The notes under the pieces are model-generated. The model had not been told where the DNA came from. It worked only from the letters and a program-made list of their open reading frames with translations, and searched no databases. From positions 1,101-65,100 of IMG/VR virus record IMGVR_UViG_3300043252_000005: DNA of 64,000 nucleotides. The stretch is one strand, 5' to 3'. The translations under genes and the position numbers were made by a program. This document shows positions 1-9,083 of this stretch, one piece after another. How positions within the stretch are numbered: the first letter of the stretch is position 1; each line of letters starts with the position of its first letter. This DNA comes from a virus. Its lineage: Duplodnaviria; Caudoviricetes.

Positions 1-1131
1 TACCCGCACCATATATTCATCATCAACAACACGGTTACGAACTGCGGCGGCGGCGGGATGGATATTTCCTTGGTGGATGATCTTTATATCCAGCGCAATA
101 CCGTATCTGTAACTGCCGGAACCAACACGAATCAGGAAGCCGGCATCAGCCAGGCGACGCCGCGGCCGGCTGGCGCGTCCACGACGAGCAACACCATCGC
201 CGCATCTGGCTCGAAATCCTTCACGGTCACCGGCACGGTGTTCGGCTTCGTGACCGGCGATCCGGTCATCGCGTATGAGACGAGCAACGTCGCCAATTTC
301 ATGCTCGGCACCGTGACAAGCGCCAATAGCACGACGGCCGTCACGATGAACGTCACGTCGAGCGGCGGCAGCGGGACGATTACAGATTGGACGATCGCCA
401 TAACTGGCGCGCAGTACGTGGCCGGGCCGCTCGATGGCTTCCTCGGAAACTACACCTCGCATGGCGGTAGCACCGTGGACGTGCGCAACATCATTGCCAA
501 CAACATCAGCCACGACAATCTCGAGAGCTACACCGGCTCGCATACGGACGGCGAGGGGATCAAGGTCGATTGCCTGGGTATGGTCTGCGGTTTCGGCTAT
601 GAGCACGGCACGATCGTTACCGAGAACGTGCTCTACCATAATGGTGGTGCCGGGCTCAGTATCGGCCGGTCAGATTGGGTATGGTCGGTGAACAACTCGA
701 CCTATAACAATTTCATCGACCAGCAGAATACCGGCGGCCAACGTGGCGACATCAGCAACATCAACGGCTACCATTCGACCGTTCAAAACAACATCGCTGT
801 CAGCGTGCCGGGCAGCGGCGTTACGGCCAACAACAACGCGATCCAGGGCCAGAGTGTCACCGATCCATTCTATGTCGGAAACTTCGCATTCCTGACGAAT
901 GCCACGAGCAACACGTGTCCAGGCGGCGGCACAGGGCCGGGGGGCGCTACCGTCTGCTATTACTCGCCCGACGTGATTGCCCAGAGTAACAACAGCTATC
1001 CGGTTAACCCGCAGTACACGAACGCGGCCGGCGGCAACCTTACCCCTGTCGCGGCGTCGCCCGTGCGGAACGCCTGCACGTCGCCGTTCACGGCTTTCAC
1101 GGTTGCCATTGTAAATTGCGGGGCGCTCTAA
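1..1131 (+). CDS. Tail spike / right-handed beta-helix (pectin-lyase-like) protein, 5' truncated by window
   Basis: Frame is open from base 1 (YPHHIFIINNTVTNCGGGGM...); Asn/Gly/Thr-rich beta-helix repeats (NNIS, NVLYHNGG, NNSTYNN). Confidence 0.75.
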   Translation, partial: YPHHIFIINNTVTNCGGGGMDISLVDDLYIQRNTVSVTAGTNTNQEAGISQATPRPAGASTTSNTIAASGSKSFTVTGTVFGFVTGDPVIAYETSNVANFMLGTVTSANSTTAVTMNVTSSGGSGTITDWTIAITGAQYVAGPLDGFLGNYTSHGGSTVDVRNIIANNISHDNLESYTGSHTDGEGIKVDCLGMVCGFGYEHGTIVTENVLYHNGGAGLSIGRSDWVWSVNNSTYNNFIDQQNTGGQRGDISNINGYHSTVQNNIAVSVPGSGVTANNNAIQGQSVTDPFYVGNFAFLTNATSNTCPGGGTGPGGATVCYYSPDVIAQSNNSYPVNPQYTNAAGGNLTPVAASPVRNACTSPFTAFTVAIVNCGAL

Positions 1132-1164
1132 TCAGGTATCGATTTATTAGGGAATGTCCATATA

Positions 1165-1398
1165 ATGCCACGCGACCCGAACGAGCGGAGCACCTTCATG
1201 GATAGCGGTTGGAGTGTCGATCGGTTGACGGCAGACGCGCTTTCTCTGGCGGCGCTCTTGGGTGGCTGGATCGGCACAGCATTCGGCAATCTCGCGGCAT
1301 GGCTGCCGGCGATGGCGACTTTCCTGGCCTGCGTCTATTACGCAATCCAGGCTTACGAGAGCGAGACGGTCCAGCGGTTGCTCCGGAGGAAGCCGTGA
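1165..1398 (+). CDS. Putative holin
   Basis: 77 aa, hydrophobic core, basic C-terminus (RLLRRKP), GTGA overlap with endolysin. Confidence 0.6.
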   Translation: MPRDPNERSTFMDSGWSVDRLTADALSLAALLGGWIGTAFGNLAAWLPAMATFLACVYYAIQAYESETVQRLLRRKP

Positions 1399-1859
1399 CG
1401 GTCACGCTCGCCCAGGTCGTCGCGCAGACCGAGAGCCGCGGCAATCCATGGGCCGTGCGGTTCGAGCCAGCCGTCTATGCGCGATATCTGGCGGTCGACG
1501 ACCAGACGGCGACGGCGATTGGCGCACAGATCCGGGAGTTCGAGCAGATCCATGGATGCTCGCCGGACACGGCGCGGGTGCTCCTGAGCTCGAGTTGGGG
1601 CCGCTATCAGATCATGGGGTTCAATCTGGGCCAGCACGTGCTCCAGTTCGCGGCCGACCCGGACAGCCAGGATGCGAAGTTCATTGTCTTCTGCCAGCGC
1701 CTCGGCGTGACGGACGCGCAGATGGCGGATGCCTCGTGGCTGATCGACGACGCGGCCGGCATGGATTTCGCCACGCGTTATAACGGCCCGGCCAAACCTG
1801 CCAGCTATCTCGCAAGCCTGCGCGCCAGCTACGCCGCGCTGAACGCGCCTCCTGCGTGA
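1395..1859 (+). CDS. Endolysin, N-acetylmuramidase (DUF3380-like)
   Basis: GTG start overlapping holin stop; ES...RFEP and SWGRYQIMGFN motifs, FATRYNGP. Confidence 0.85.
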   Translation: MTVTLAQVVAQTESRGNPWAVRFEPAVYARYLAVDDQTATAIGAQIREFEQIHGCSPDTARVLLSSSWGRYQIMGFNLGQHVLQFAADPDSQDAKFIVFCQRLGVTDAQMADASWLIDDAAGMDFATRYNGPAKPASYLASLRASYAALNAPPA

Positions 1860-1868
1860 CCAGCCGCC

Positions 1869-2066
1869 ATGCGTTTCCTCCGGTGGATCGATGTGCAGGT
1901 CAATCGGGCATTCTGCTGGTCAAGGTTTTATTGGGAAGGACAGACGCTTTCGATGCATGCCGGGATGGCGATGCTGAACGGCCATAGGTGGGCCTGCCTA
2001 TTCTGCAAATTGCTCGACCTGTTCGACCAGGGCCACTGCGCACAAAGTTTGAAAGACGACGACTAG
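1869..2066 (+). CDS. Small conserved phage protein of lysis regions
   Basis: 65 aa with W-A-C-x-x-C-x-L-L-D...H-C pattern. Confidence 0.6.
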   Translation: MRFLRWIDVQVNRAFCWSRFYWEGQTLSMHAGMAMLNGHRWACLFCKLLDLFDQGHCAQSLKDDD

Positions 2067-2117
2067 CGGTATATCATCCGCCGAAATTCGACTTGACGCC
2101 GTTTTGGAGTTGAGCAC

Positions 2118-2489
2118 ATGGCTATCAACATCAGCATTCCGATGCCCAGCGCCTCGATGCTCACGCTGAGCGGCGCCAAGACCTATCTCGTGGCACTCGG
2201 CACCATCGCGTTCGCCGGCCTCTCCTACTGGAAGGGCACGATGGATCTCAATACCGCCGTGACCTACGCCCTCTCGGCCGGTGGCCTCGGCGCGCTGCGG
2301 CATGGATTGAGCACGGCCGGGGCGATGGCAGTCGAGAAGATCGTCGTGCAGGTTATCGCAGCGATCCAGGCGATGCCGCAGCCGGCCGCCCCGCCGGTGG
2401 TTGCCCCGCCGGATCCTGCTCCAGCGCCGGTCCCGGTCGTTACTGTCGTTGCTGTCCCAGCGGCTCCAGCCGCCCAGGTGCAGCCGTGA
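2118..2489 (+). CDS. Membrane protein, second holin-like candidate
   Basis: GAKTYLVA...LRHG pattern with two hydrophobic segments, Pro/Ala tail; GGAG SD. Confidence 0.55.
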   Translation: MAINISIPMPSASMLTLSGAKTYLVALGTIAFAGLSYWKGTMDLNTAVTYALSAGGLGALRHGLSTAGAMAVEKIVVQVIAAIQAMPQPAAPPVVAPPDPAPAPVPVVTVVAVPAAPAAQVQP

Positions 2490-2833
2490 AGGCCGCTCTC
2501 GCCGTTGCCGTGCTCGCCCTCTCGCTCGGCGGCTGCGGCGCGCTGTCGGCCGTGAATGCTCCGAGCCCGACGACCGCCGGCATGCCATCCTCGGCCGCAC
2601 AGAAGCTCGCCGAGTTCGCCGCCAGCGATGTTGCAGCAGCGCTCGCCGACGCCAAGGCGCAGACGCCGCCGGATGCGGTGGCGATCGCCTGCTGGAGTGA
2701 CGTGCTGGCCGTGCTGCCGTCGCTCAACGTCTCGACGCTCGGCGCCCCGATGCTCCTGCAGAAGGCGCGCGATGGCGTCACGGTCGGGCCGGCGGTCATG
2801 CGCGACTGCCAAGGCATGATTCCGTTCCCCTGA
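2486..2833 (+). CDS. Lipoprotein (o-spanin-like candidate)
   Basis: MKAALAVAVLALSLGG|C lipobox; GTGA overlap. Confidence 0.6.
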   Translation: MKAALAVAVLALSLGGCGALSAVNAPSPTTAGMPSSAAQKLAEFAASDVAAALADAKAQTPPDAVAIACWSDVLAVLPSLNVSTLGAPMLLQKARDGVTVGPAVMRDCQGMIPFP

Positions 2834-2846
2834 TTTGTGAGGCAGC

Positions 2847-3299
2847 ATGTCCGAAACCACCGTTACCAATCCCGTCGCGCCGGCGCCGGCCAGCGTCACT
2901 ATCACGCCAGCCGCCAGCGACTTCACATTCACGGCGCAGGGCCGGCATTTCTGGGTCGGGGTCATCGATCCTGGCCCGGTTCCCGCCGTCGAAGGCGGCC
3001 CATGGATTTGCTGGGGCGAAGAGGTCAACAACGTCTGGACGGTGGGCACGACTGCCGCGCTGATCGCCGCCAATCTGTCGGGCGTCTTTCCGGGAGCGAA
3101 CGGAACCGTGGCAGCCTTCTTCGTGAACCTCGCCAAGATCCTCGACAGCGCCTTCTCGTCGATCCTGCCGCCCATGGCGCCGCCGGTGCAGACGGATGCG
3201 CAGAAGATCACCGCGGCGTTCCAAGCTGGTTACATGGGGGCGACGGTCGCGGCCAATGGCACGGTGAGCTTCACGGCGTCGACAGCCATCCCCGACTGA
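2847..3299 (+). CDS. Hypothetical protein
   Basis: 150 aa ORF with GAGG SD and phage-like codon usage. Confidence 0.6.
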   Translation: MSETTVTNPVAPAPASVTITPAASDFTFTAQGRHFWVGVIDPGPVPAVEGGPWICWGEEVNNVWTVGTTAALIAANLSGVFPGANGTVAAFFVNLAKILDSAFSSILPPMAPPVQTDAQKITAAFQAGYMGATVAANGTVSFTASTAIPD

Positions 3300-3496
3300 T
3301 GGTCTACATCAAGCCCATGTCCGCGTTCTGCCGGAAGCATGGGTCGAAGCGCGTCGAGATGATCCCAACCAGGCGCGAGAAGGCGGCAGATGGCACCTAC
3401 GGCCTGCCGACCGGCTATTTCTGCCCGGAGTGCGACAAGCTGGAGAAGGCGAAGAAGTCGGGGCTCAAGTATCCCCGTCCAGTTAACCCTCGCTGA
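3299..3496 (+). CDS. Small basic zinc-ribbon protein
   Basis: TGATG coupling; CxxH...CPEC. Confidence 0.55.
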   Translation: MVYIKPMSAFCRKHGSKRVEMIPTRREKAADGTYGLPTGYFCPECDKLEKAKKSGLKYPRPVNPR

Positions 3497-4157
3497 TACT
3501 ATCCGTAGTGTTTGGCCGACCATGGAATTCCTGCGCAGCGTCCCAGCGCTCAGCGGTTTCACCTTCGGCGCTCACAGAACAGACAATGGAGGACCAAGAG
3601 AGCAGATCGATGGTGATGTCAACCATCAACCATTCGCTGGCGGGGTTCTCTCGATTAACGACCCTTACGGAGCCGTCCGGAAGACGCTTGAAAAACCAAC
3701 CTTCTCGCCAGTGAAAACCAGTCGTTGCCCTATCACACTCCGCTACGCGGTCTCGCCGATCCTGCTCTTTTTTCGCAGCGAAATAGGTTTCCCGCGCGTC
3801 TTGGTCCTCCGCGTGCTTTACTCTCGCTTTTTCAAGAGCCTGACGGCAAGCGGGGCGCTCACACCACATCTTATCGAGACAGGATGAATTAGCTCCCGGC
3901 TGTCCGCAGTTGGAACAAATCGCCGTGTCAGGCGGCTTTCTCTCGATTATGGCGACGAACGCATCCTTTGAGGGCCAACACTTTTCCCACTTGACCCGCG
4001 CGCGCTCGCCGCGAACACTCACATCGGCGAGCGAACAACCCCGGAGATCAAAGAGGCGTCGATTATCGTAAACGCCCTTGCAGGTATAGAAGTCGGGGGC
4101 GCCATAACCCCGAATGTGATTGGTGATAATCTGAATTGTTGGTCGAAATTTGGTCAT
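3483..4157 (-). CDS. Hypothetical protein (mosaic, Cys-containing)
   Basis: 224 aa ORF; CSNC...WCERPAC; last gene of leftward arm; lower GC. Confidence 0.55.
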   Translation of the reverse strand: MTKFRPTIQIITNHIRGYGAPDFYTCKGVYDNRRLFDLRGCSLADVSVRGERARVKWEKCWPSKDAFVAIIERKPPDTAICSNCGQPGANSSCLDKMWCERPACRQALEKARVKHAEDQDARETYFAAKKEQDRRDRVAECDRATTGFHWREGWFFKRLPDGSVRVVNRENPASEWLMVDITIDLLSWSSIVCSVSAEGETAERWDAAQEFHGRPNTTDSISEG

Positions 4158-4207
4158 AGGACGTTCCTAGATTTTATGGTCATGGTTGAAACTGGATAGG
4201 CGCGGGC

Positions 4208-4576
4208 TCAAGGTCTGAGCGACAGGTTCTCTGGCACGATGTAGAGCTTGTTGCCGCTCCGGCTACCGCGTTGGCCGGGACTGGCGATCTCGATTTGCCC
4301 GCTGTTCAGCAGCCGAAGCACCGCGGCGCGCGCGTATCGCGTGGCATCGGCGTGGCTCATCTCGAGATAGCCCATCGCCGCCGTCGTCAGATCGAGAAGC
4401 GTGAACGAAGGCCGCAGCAGCAGCCAAGAACGGACGAAGGCTTGCGGCGGGATCGGGCGGCTTGACGGCGGTTCTGGTTCGGCGCATTCTCGGCGTCGGA
4501 AGATTCCAACCGTCTTCCTCCCTGTCTCGCCCGGCGCCGTAATGGCTGCCGGGCTCTTTTTTGTCAGGACGGTCAT
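4208..4576 (-). CDS. Hypothetical protein, possible winged-helix
   Basis: ATGA-coupled to upstream gene. Confidence 0.55.
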   Translation of the reverse strand: MTVLTKKSPAAITAPGETGRKTVGIFRRRECAEPEPPSSRPIPPQAFVRSWLLLRPSFTLLDLTTAAMGYLEMSHADATRYARAAVLRLLNSGQIEIASPGQRGSRSGNKLYIVPENLSLRP

Positions 4577-4806
4577 TGGTGCTTGCCGAACCGGCAGCGC
4601 GTGCCGGCGACGTACATCCCTGGATATTGCTCAAGCGCCCTCTGTGCGATGAGTTGTGCACCCGGCCCGGCGCATTCCCACGCGCTCAGATCGTGGTCGT
4701 CTTCCGGCACCTGTAGCGCTTCCTGGCAGTATTCGCGGTCGCCTTCCACGTAGGGATGGCCGATGACGCAGAGGACGACGATCAGGGCTAGCATGTTCTG
4801 CTCCAT
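4573..4806 (-). CDS. Small secreted/membrane Cys protein (start 4806 or 4794)
   Basis: MLALIVVLCVIG...YC...C...TRC. Confidence 0.55.
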   Translation of the reverse strand: MEQNMLALIVVLCVIGHPYVEGDREYCQEALQVPEDDHDLSAWECAGPGAQLIAQRALEQYPGMYVAGTRCRFGKHQ

Positions 4807-4814
4807 GGGCCGGC

Positions 4815-4913
4815 TTACGGCTCGTCGTCCGGCGGCCACCTGTCCATATTGCCCCAATTCGCGGCGGCAATCCAGACGGCGAAAACCGAGACGATTACGA
4901 CGAAAAGTTCCAT
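4815..4913 (-). CDS. 32-aa single-TM peptide
   Basis: Hand translation MELFVVIVSVFAVWIAAANWGNMDRWPPDDEP; GAGGG SD. Confidence 0.45.
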   Translation of the reverse strand: MELFVVIVSVFAVWIAAANWGNMDRWPPDDEP

Positions 4914-4921
4914 GCTACCCC

Positions 4922-5203
4922 TCATGCGCAATCGCGAAGGATGTTCTGGATGGTGAGCGCATCGCGCGTTGGCTTCAGCGCGCCGACCGTGCTGTACGGG
5001 TCAATCTTCATCCCAGCCGGCTTTTCGTCATCAGGCCGCCTCTCCAGCGCGGCAGCATAAATGCCGCATGCCTGGGCGAGAGTGATCGAGCCATTCACTC
5101 GGCTCATGCCGCCACGATCTCGCGCCTTGGCGATAAGTGCGCGCAACTCGCCGATCGAGATATCGCCGCTGCGGGACTTTTCCTTAGCGTCTCTCCTGTT
5201 CAT
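4922..5203 (-). CDS. Hypothetical protein
   Basis: ATGA-coupled to ATPase stop. Confidence 0.55.
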   Translation of the reverse strand: MNRRDAKEKSRSGDISIGELRALIAKARDRGGMSRVNGSITLAQACGIYAAALERRPDDEKPAGMKIDPYSTVGALKPTRDALTIQNILRDCA

Positions 5204-6999
5204 GCCGACTTCTCCTGTTTCTCGATAGGCGAAACAACCCCGTCCCGCACCACATAGCTGCGCCCGTATCCCGCCGCCGCCAAGTCCGGAACCGTATCCT
5301 TCGGCCCGAGCGTCATGCCGACCAACGACGGGATGCCCTGCGCCTTAAGCAACCGGAAGAGCGCGCCGCGCCCATCTGCCGCACCCGGCGTCAGGATATC
5401 CGCCCCGTCGATGATCAGCAGGTCGCTGCCATCGATCTGCGCCAGCGCCACTTGCAGCGTCACCCGCACGCGATACTGTGCCGACTGGCCGAGATGCCGG
5501 TACGGCCGGCCGCCGTAGTAGATGCCGAGACCGGATTCATCTTCCATGATCTGAACCGGCTTCCATCCTGAGATCTCCGCGATTGGAGCGAGATGGGTTC
5601 GATTGAACATCATGAGGCATTCGTCAAGCGCATCGCGGCGCAGCCCCTTCGGATCGAGGATGGCCAGCAACCTTTCGTTCTTCTCGATCTCGCGGTGCTT
5701 CGCCGTCGCCTCGGAGCGCTGGCGTAGGAGGGCCAGGCCGAGCTCGGCTTTCGTCACATCATCGGCCGTCGTCGCTGCGAAGCTGCCGTCCGTCTGGCTT
5801 GCCTTCACGGGGTTCTTCGCCAGCCACTCCTTGGCATCGGCTGCCGCCTGCAGCGCAAGCTTGGCTCCGGCGAGCGCCCGGTCAGCCGTGCCGGCATCGA
5901 TCTGCGCCTTGGAGAGATCGCCGGATGCGGCCGCCCGCTTGTCGCGCCGATCCTTGATTTCGGATTGCGGCAGCGCAACGTCGGCCTTTTCGAGGATCTG
6001 CCCGTGCAGGTTCGATCCGACGCGCACCGGCTTGGAGCAGTGCGGGCAAGACAGCGCGTTGTGAGCATCGGTCGGGACCGGCAACGCATCGAGCGCCTGG
6101 CGGCAGCCGGCAACGCGCCGATCGGCCGCCGCGTACGCTTGGACGGCTTCCTCGTGCGCATTGTGCCGCGCGTCGTAGGCATCGGCCAGCGATTGCTTCG
6201 CCTGCCGCTCGGCATCGCTGGCGCCGGCGTTTCGCAGCGCGGCCGCGTGGCGCTCCTTTGCCTCCGTCACGCGCTGCTCGGCCTGCTCGATAGTCACCAG
6301 GTCCATGCGCGCGTCCCAGCCGGGCGGGAGCCAGCCGGCGGCGATCACCGATCCGTACCGCTTGGCCTTGGTGATCTGCTCCCACGCGCCTTTGGCCTTC
6401 TTGTTGGCTTCGACAAGCCGGGCGTGGGCCTCGTCCCATCCCTGGACTATCTCCGACAACACGGTGCCAAACTGGTCCATCTCGATGCCGTCAGCGCGTA
6501 GCTTCTCGGCGATCGCGGAATGCTTGGCACCGTCGTCGCGCATCAGCCGGGCGGCGGCGTTCTCGGAGAGCGGGATTTCGCGGAGGGCGCGGAAGATCGC
6601 GTCGCGCTTCGGCGTGGCCTTCAGCACACCGATCAACTGCGCCGCGCGCTCGGTCTGCGACATGTCGACGAGGCTGGTGAGGCCGGCAGCAAAGGCCGTG
6701 GCGCGGGGCGGATTGCCGGTGCTACTCACGGCGCCTTCGGGGAGTGCCACGCGGACGCTGCCGTCAGGGGCCCGGACCTCGACAAGGCCGCTCTCGGCCC
6801 CATCGTGGACTAGCTGCGCCATCTCCTTGCGCAACAGGTCCGGCATGATCTGCGAGCCGGTAACGGCGGCGGCCACGGCGCCGAGAGTGCTGCTCTTGCC
6901 GTTGTCGTTCTCGCCGGCCACGAGGGTGACGCCGGGGCCGATGTCGAGATCGGCGGTGCGGACGCGGCGGATGTTGCGGATTGAGGCTTGCATGGTCAA
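5200..6999 (-). CDS. Rad50/SbcC-like coiled-coil ABC ATPase (start TTG 6999 or ATG 6993)
   Basis: N-terminal Walker A GENDNGKS, long coiled coil with central CPHC, C-terminal LIIDGAD Walker B region. Confidence 0.85.
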   Translation of the reverse strand: MTMQASIRNIRRVRTADLDIGPGVTLVAGENDNGKSSTLGAVAAAVTGSQIMPDLLRKEMAQLVHDGAESGLVEVRAPDGSVRVALPEGAVSSTGNPPRATAFAAGLTSLVDMSQTERAAQLIGVLKATPKRDAIFRALREIPLSENAAARLMRDDGAKHSAIAEKLRADGIEMDQFGTVLSEIVQGWDEAHARLVEANKKAKGAWEQITKAKRYGSVIAAGWLPPGWDARMDLVTIEQAEQRVTEAKERHAAALRNAGASDAERQAKQSLADAYDARHNAHEEAVQAYAAADRRVAGCRQALDALPVPTDAHNALSCPHCSKPVRVGSNLHGQILEKADVALPQSEIKDRRDKRAAASGDLSKAQIDAGTADRALAGAKLALQAAADAKEWLAKNPVKASQTDGSFAATTADDVTKAELGLALLRQRSEATAKHREIEKNERLLAILDPKGLRRDALDECLMMFNRTHLAPIAEISGWKPVQIMEDESGLGIYYGGRPYRHLGQSAQYRVRVTLQVALAQIDGSDLLIIDGADILTPGAADGRGALFRLLKAQGIPSLVGMTLGPKDTVPDLAAAGYGRSYVVRDGVVSPIEKQEKSA

Positions 7000-7376
7000 T
7001 TCTTTCTCAGATTCATTTCGATTTCGCGCAGGAGCGAGAGCGCGGTATCGCGATTGGTTGGGCCATTGAGCGCATCAGCGATCCGCTTGAGGCTTATGGC
7101 GATAGACGCAAGCGCGGCGGCTCTGTCGAGCATCGCGATATCGAGTTCCAGTCGCCTTATCGTATCGAGATAGACATCGTCACAACGACATTCTGGAATT
7201 TTTGCCGGAATATCCGCAATATCGGTCGCCACCACAAAAAGATGTGGTGCAAAATAACCGCCCATATCGTGGATTTCGACCATTCCATCCGACATGACAG
7301 ACACAATCCGGTGCACCGGACCTCCGTTCTGCTCATGGGCAAATCGGACGATATCTCCTTTGGCTAGGTCGGCCAT
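6996..7376 (-). CDS. Hypothetical protein
   Basis: 126 aa ORF between RecT and ATPase, coupled; lower GC. Confidence 0.6.
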   Translation of the reverse strand: MADLAKGDIVRFAHEQNGGPVHRIVSVMSDGMVEIHDMGGYFAPHLFVVATDIADIPAKIPECRCDDVYLDTIRRLELDIAMLDRAAALASIAISLKRIADALNGPTNRDTALSLLREIEMNLRKN

Positions 7377-7378
7377 AA

Positions 7379-8425
7379 TCAGACATCCAGTTCAGTGCCG
7401 TTGTTGATGGGCCGATAGTCCTGGGCGATTTGCGCCTCGCGCAACCGCTCAAGCTCGGGCGCTGCCGGATTCTCGCTCTGTTGCTCGACCTGCGCCGGCT
7501 CGGCCTGCTTCGCGCCGCCGGGCGGGCGGCCGCGGCGCTTCTTCTGCTCGGCTTCGGCCGGCTGCGCTTCGGTGTCGGTGATCTCGCCGGTTTCGGGGTC
7601 GACCGTCTCGTGCGTCAGCTCGAGCGCCGGGCCGGAATGGTCGTCGATGCCGGGCCGGAACGACATCGTGTCGGCGCTGGCGGCAATCGCGTCGTCGCGG
7701 CGCAGCATGTCTTCGATCTCCGTCGACATCGGGAGGTATTTCGAGAGGCGCCTGATCGCGGACTTGCGAGCCATCTGACCGTACCAGCCGACCCACGGCC
7801 CGCTGTCCGCCGTCTTCGACGCCTTGCGGATTTCATCAATCTGCCAGCGCGGCAGCACCTCGCGCTGCACGGTTCCATCCTTCAGTCGGGCGATGGAATA
7901 GACCGCGATGATCGGCCCCGGATCGCCATCCATGAAAGGCTTGTGCTTGATGCTTTCCTCGTCGCCGAGCTCGTAATCGAACAGGTCATTTTTGTAGACC
8001 TCGTGCGCGACGATCGACATCAACTCGCCGGACTGGCGCATTTTCTTGATGATGCCGTACACCATCGGCATCCACTGGACGGCCTTGATCCATTTTTCCT
8101 GCACACCGCCGCCTTCGGTCGGAACCTTCACCTTCGTATTGAAGATCACCAGCGCGCCCTCGCGGCCATCCGGCAGCAATCCGTCCTGGGCGGCGCGCAT
8201 GCAGGCGCCGAAAAGGCTCTTGCGATCGGCCAGCAGGAGATCGGGATTTTGATTGATGGCCGTGATGGCGATGCGCTTGAACCTGTCGACGGGGATATGT
8301 TGAGGCAGCACCGTGCTGAACTCACGCCCCATTTGCTCAAGTTGGTAGCGCACGACATCGATCGGCTTTTGCGGCTGCATGGCTTGGCCGGGCGTGGCCA
8401 GCTTCGGGCGGGTGACTTCGGACAT
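7379..8425 (-). CDS. recT: RecT-family ssDNA annealing recombinase
   Basis: NPDLLLADRKSLFGACMRAAQDGLLPDGREGALV; MARKSAIRRLSKYLPMS. Confidence 0.92.
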   Translation of the reverse strand: MSEVTRPKLATPGQAMQPQKPIDVVRYQLEQMGREFSTVLPQHIPVDRFKRIAITAINQNPDLLLADRKSLFGACMRAAQDGLLPDGREGALVIFNTKVKVPTEGGGVQEKWIKAVQWMPMVYGIIKKMRQSGELMSIVAHEVYKNDLFDYELGDEESIKHKPFMDGDPGPIIAVYSIARLKDGTVQREVLPRWQIDEIRKASKTADSGPWVGWYGQMARKSAIRRLSKYLPMSTEIEDMLRRDDAIAASADTMSFRPGIDDHSGPALELTHETVDPETGEITDTEAQPAEAEQKKRRGRPPGGAKQAEPAQVEQQSENPAAPELERLREAQIAQDYRPINNGTELDV

Positions 8426-8426
8426 G

Positions 8427-8484
8427 TATGCAGATCCTTCATGAAATTATGCAAAAACGGGAGAGATTATGCAGAACCTATGCA
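8427..8484. promoter_or_regulatory. Four TATGCA direct repeats upstream of recT
   Basis: Copies start at 8427, 8448, 8468, 8479; two read CATAAT on the minus strand. Confidence 0.45.
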
Positions 8485-9083
8485 GCGGCGGCCTTCATCT
8501 CGTGCAAATGCCGGTAGATCCTGGCGCAGGCGCGGACATCGACCATCGCATCGTGCGCGCCGGCCAGATCCTCGCCGAAGAAATGCCGGATCGCCTCTTC
8601 CAGCTTCGGCGCCTTGTAGCCAGTGAAGCCGGCCGCGATCTGCTTTTCCGTCAGCGGGCATTTCGTGAGGGGTTTGGCGGCTTCCATCGTGCAGTACGAT
8701 TTGCCGCCCTCGATCGCCTCGATAAATTCCCGCGTCCAGTTCGAGCGCAGCATCGCAATTCGCATGATGCGCCGGTCGAAGCCGATATTATGCGCAACCG
8801 TTACGTCGGCGCGCTCCGTCAGCGCGTGATAGATCGAGACGACATGCGCTTCCGGCACGCCGCAGGCCATGGCGATATCCGTCGTGATGCCGGGGATCTT
8901 GGCGACATCATCGGGGATCGTCCATCCGTCCGGCCGCACGATCAGGTTCACTGCGGCGCGCTCCGTCCAATCGTCGTCGAGAAGGATGGCGGCAAATTGT
9001 ACGACGTGGGGCTGCGACGGCTCGTCGGAGGGCGCGCGGAAATTCGGAAGGCCAGTTGTCTCCGTATCGAACACGAGATGCAT
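8478..9083 (-). CDS. DnaQ-like (DEDDh) 3'-5' exonuclease
   Basis: VFDTETTG, AHNIGFD, AHDAMVDV motifs. Confidence 0.9.
   Translation of the reverse strand: MHLVFDTETTGLPNFRAPSDEPSQPHVVQFAAILLDDDWTERAAVNLIVRPDGWTIPDDVAKIPGITTDIAMACGVPEAHVVSIYHALTERADVTVAHNIGFDRRIMRIAMLRSNWTREFIEAIEGGKSYCTMEAAKPLTKCPLTEKQIAAGFTGYKAPKLEEAIRHFFGEDLAGAHDAMVDVRACARIYRHLHEMKAAAA

Noticed and set aside
1-1131. That the first and last ORFs are two halves of one gene
   Set aside because: Plausible for a circular genome, but no sequence overlap between window ends, so it cannot be supported
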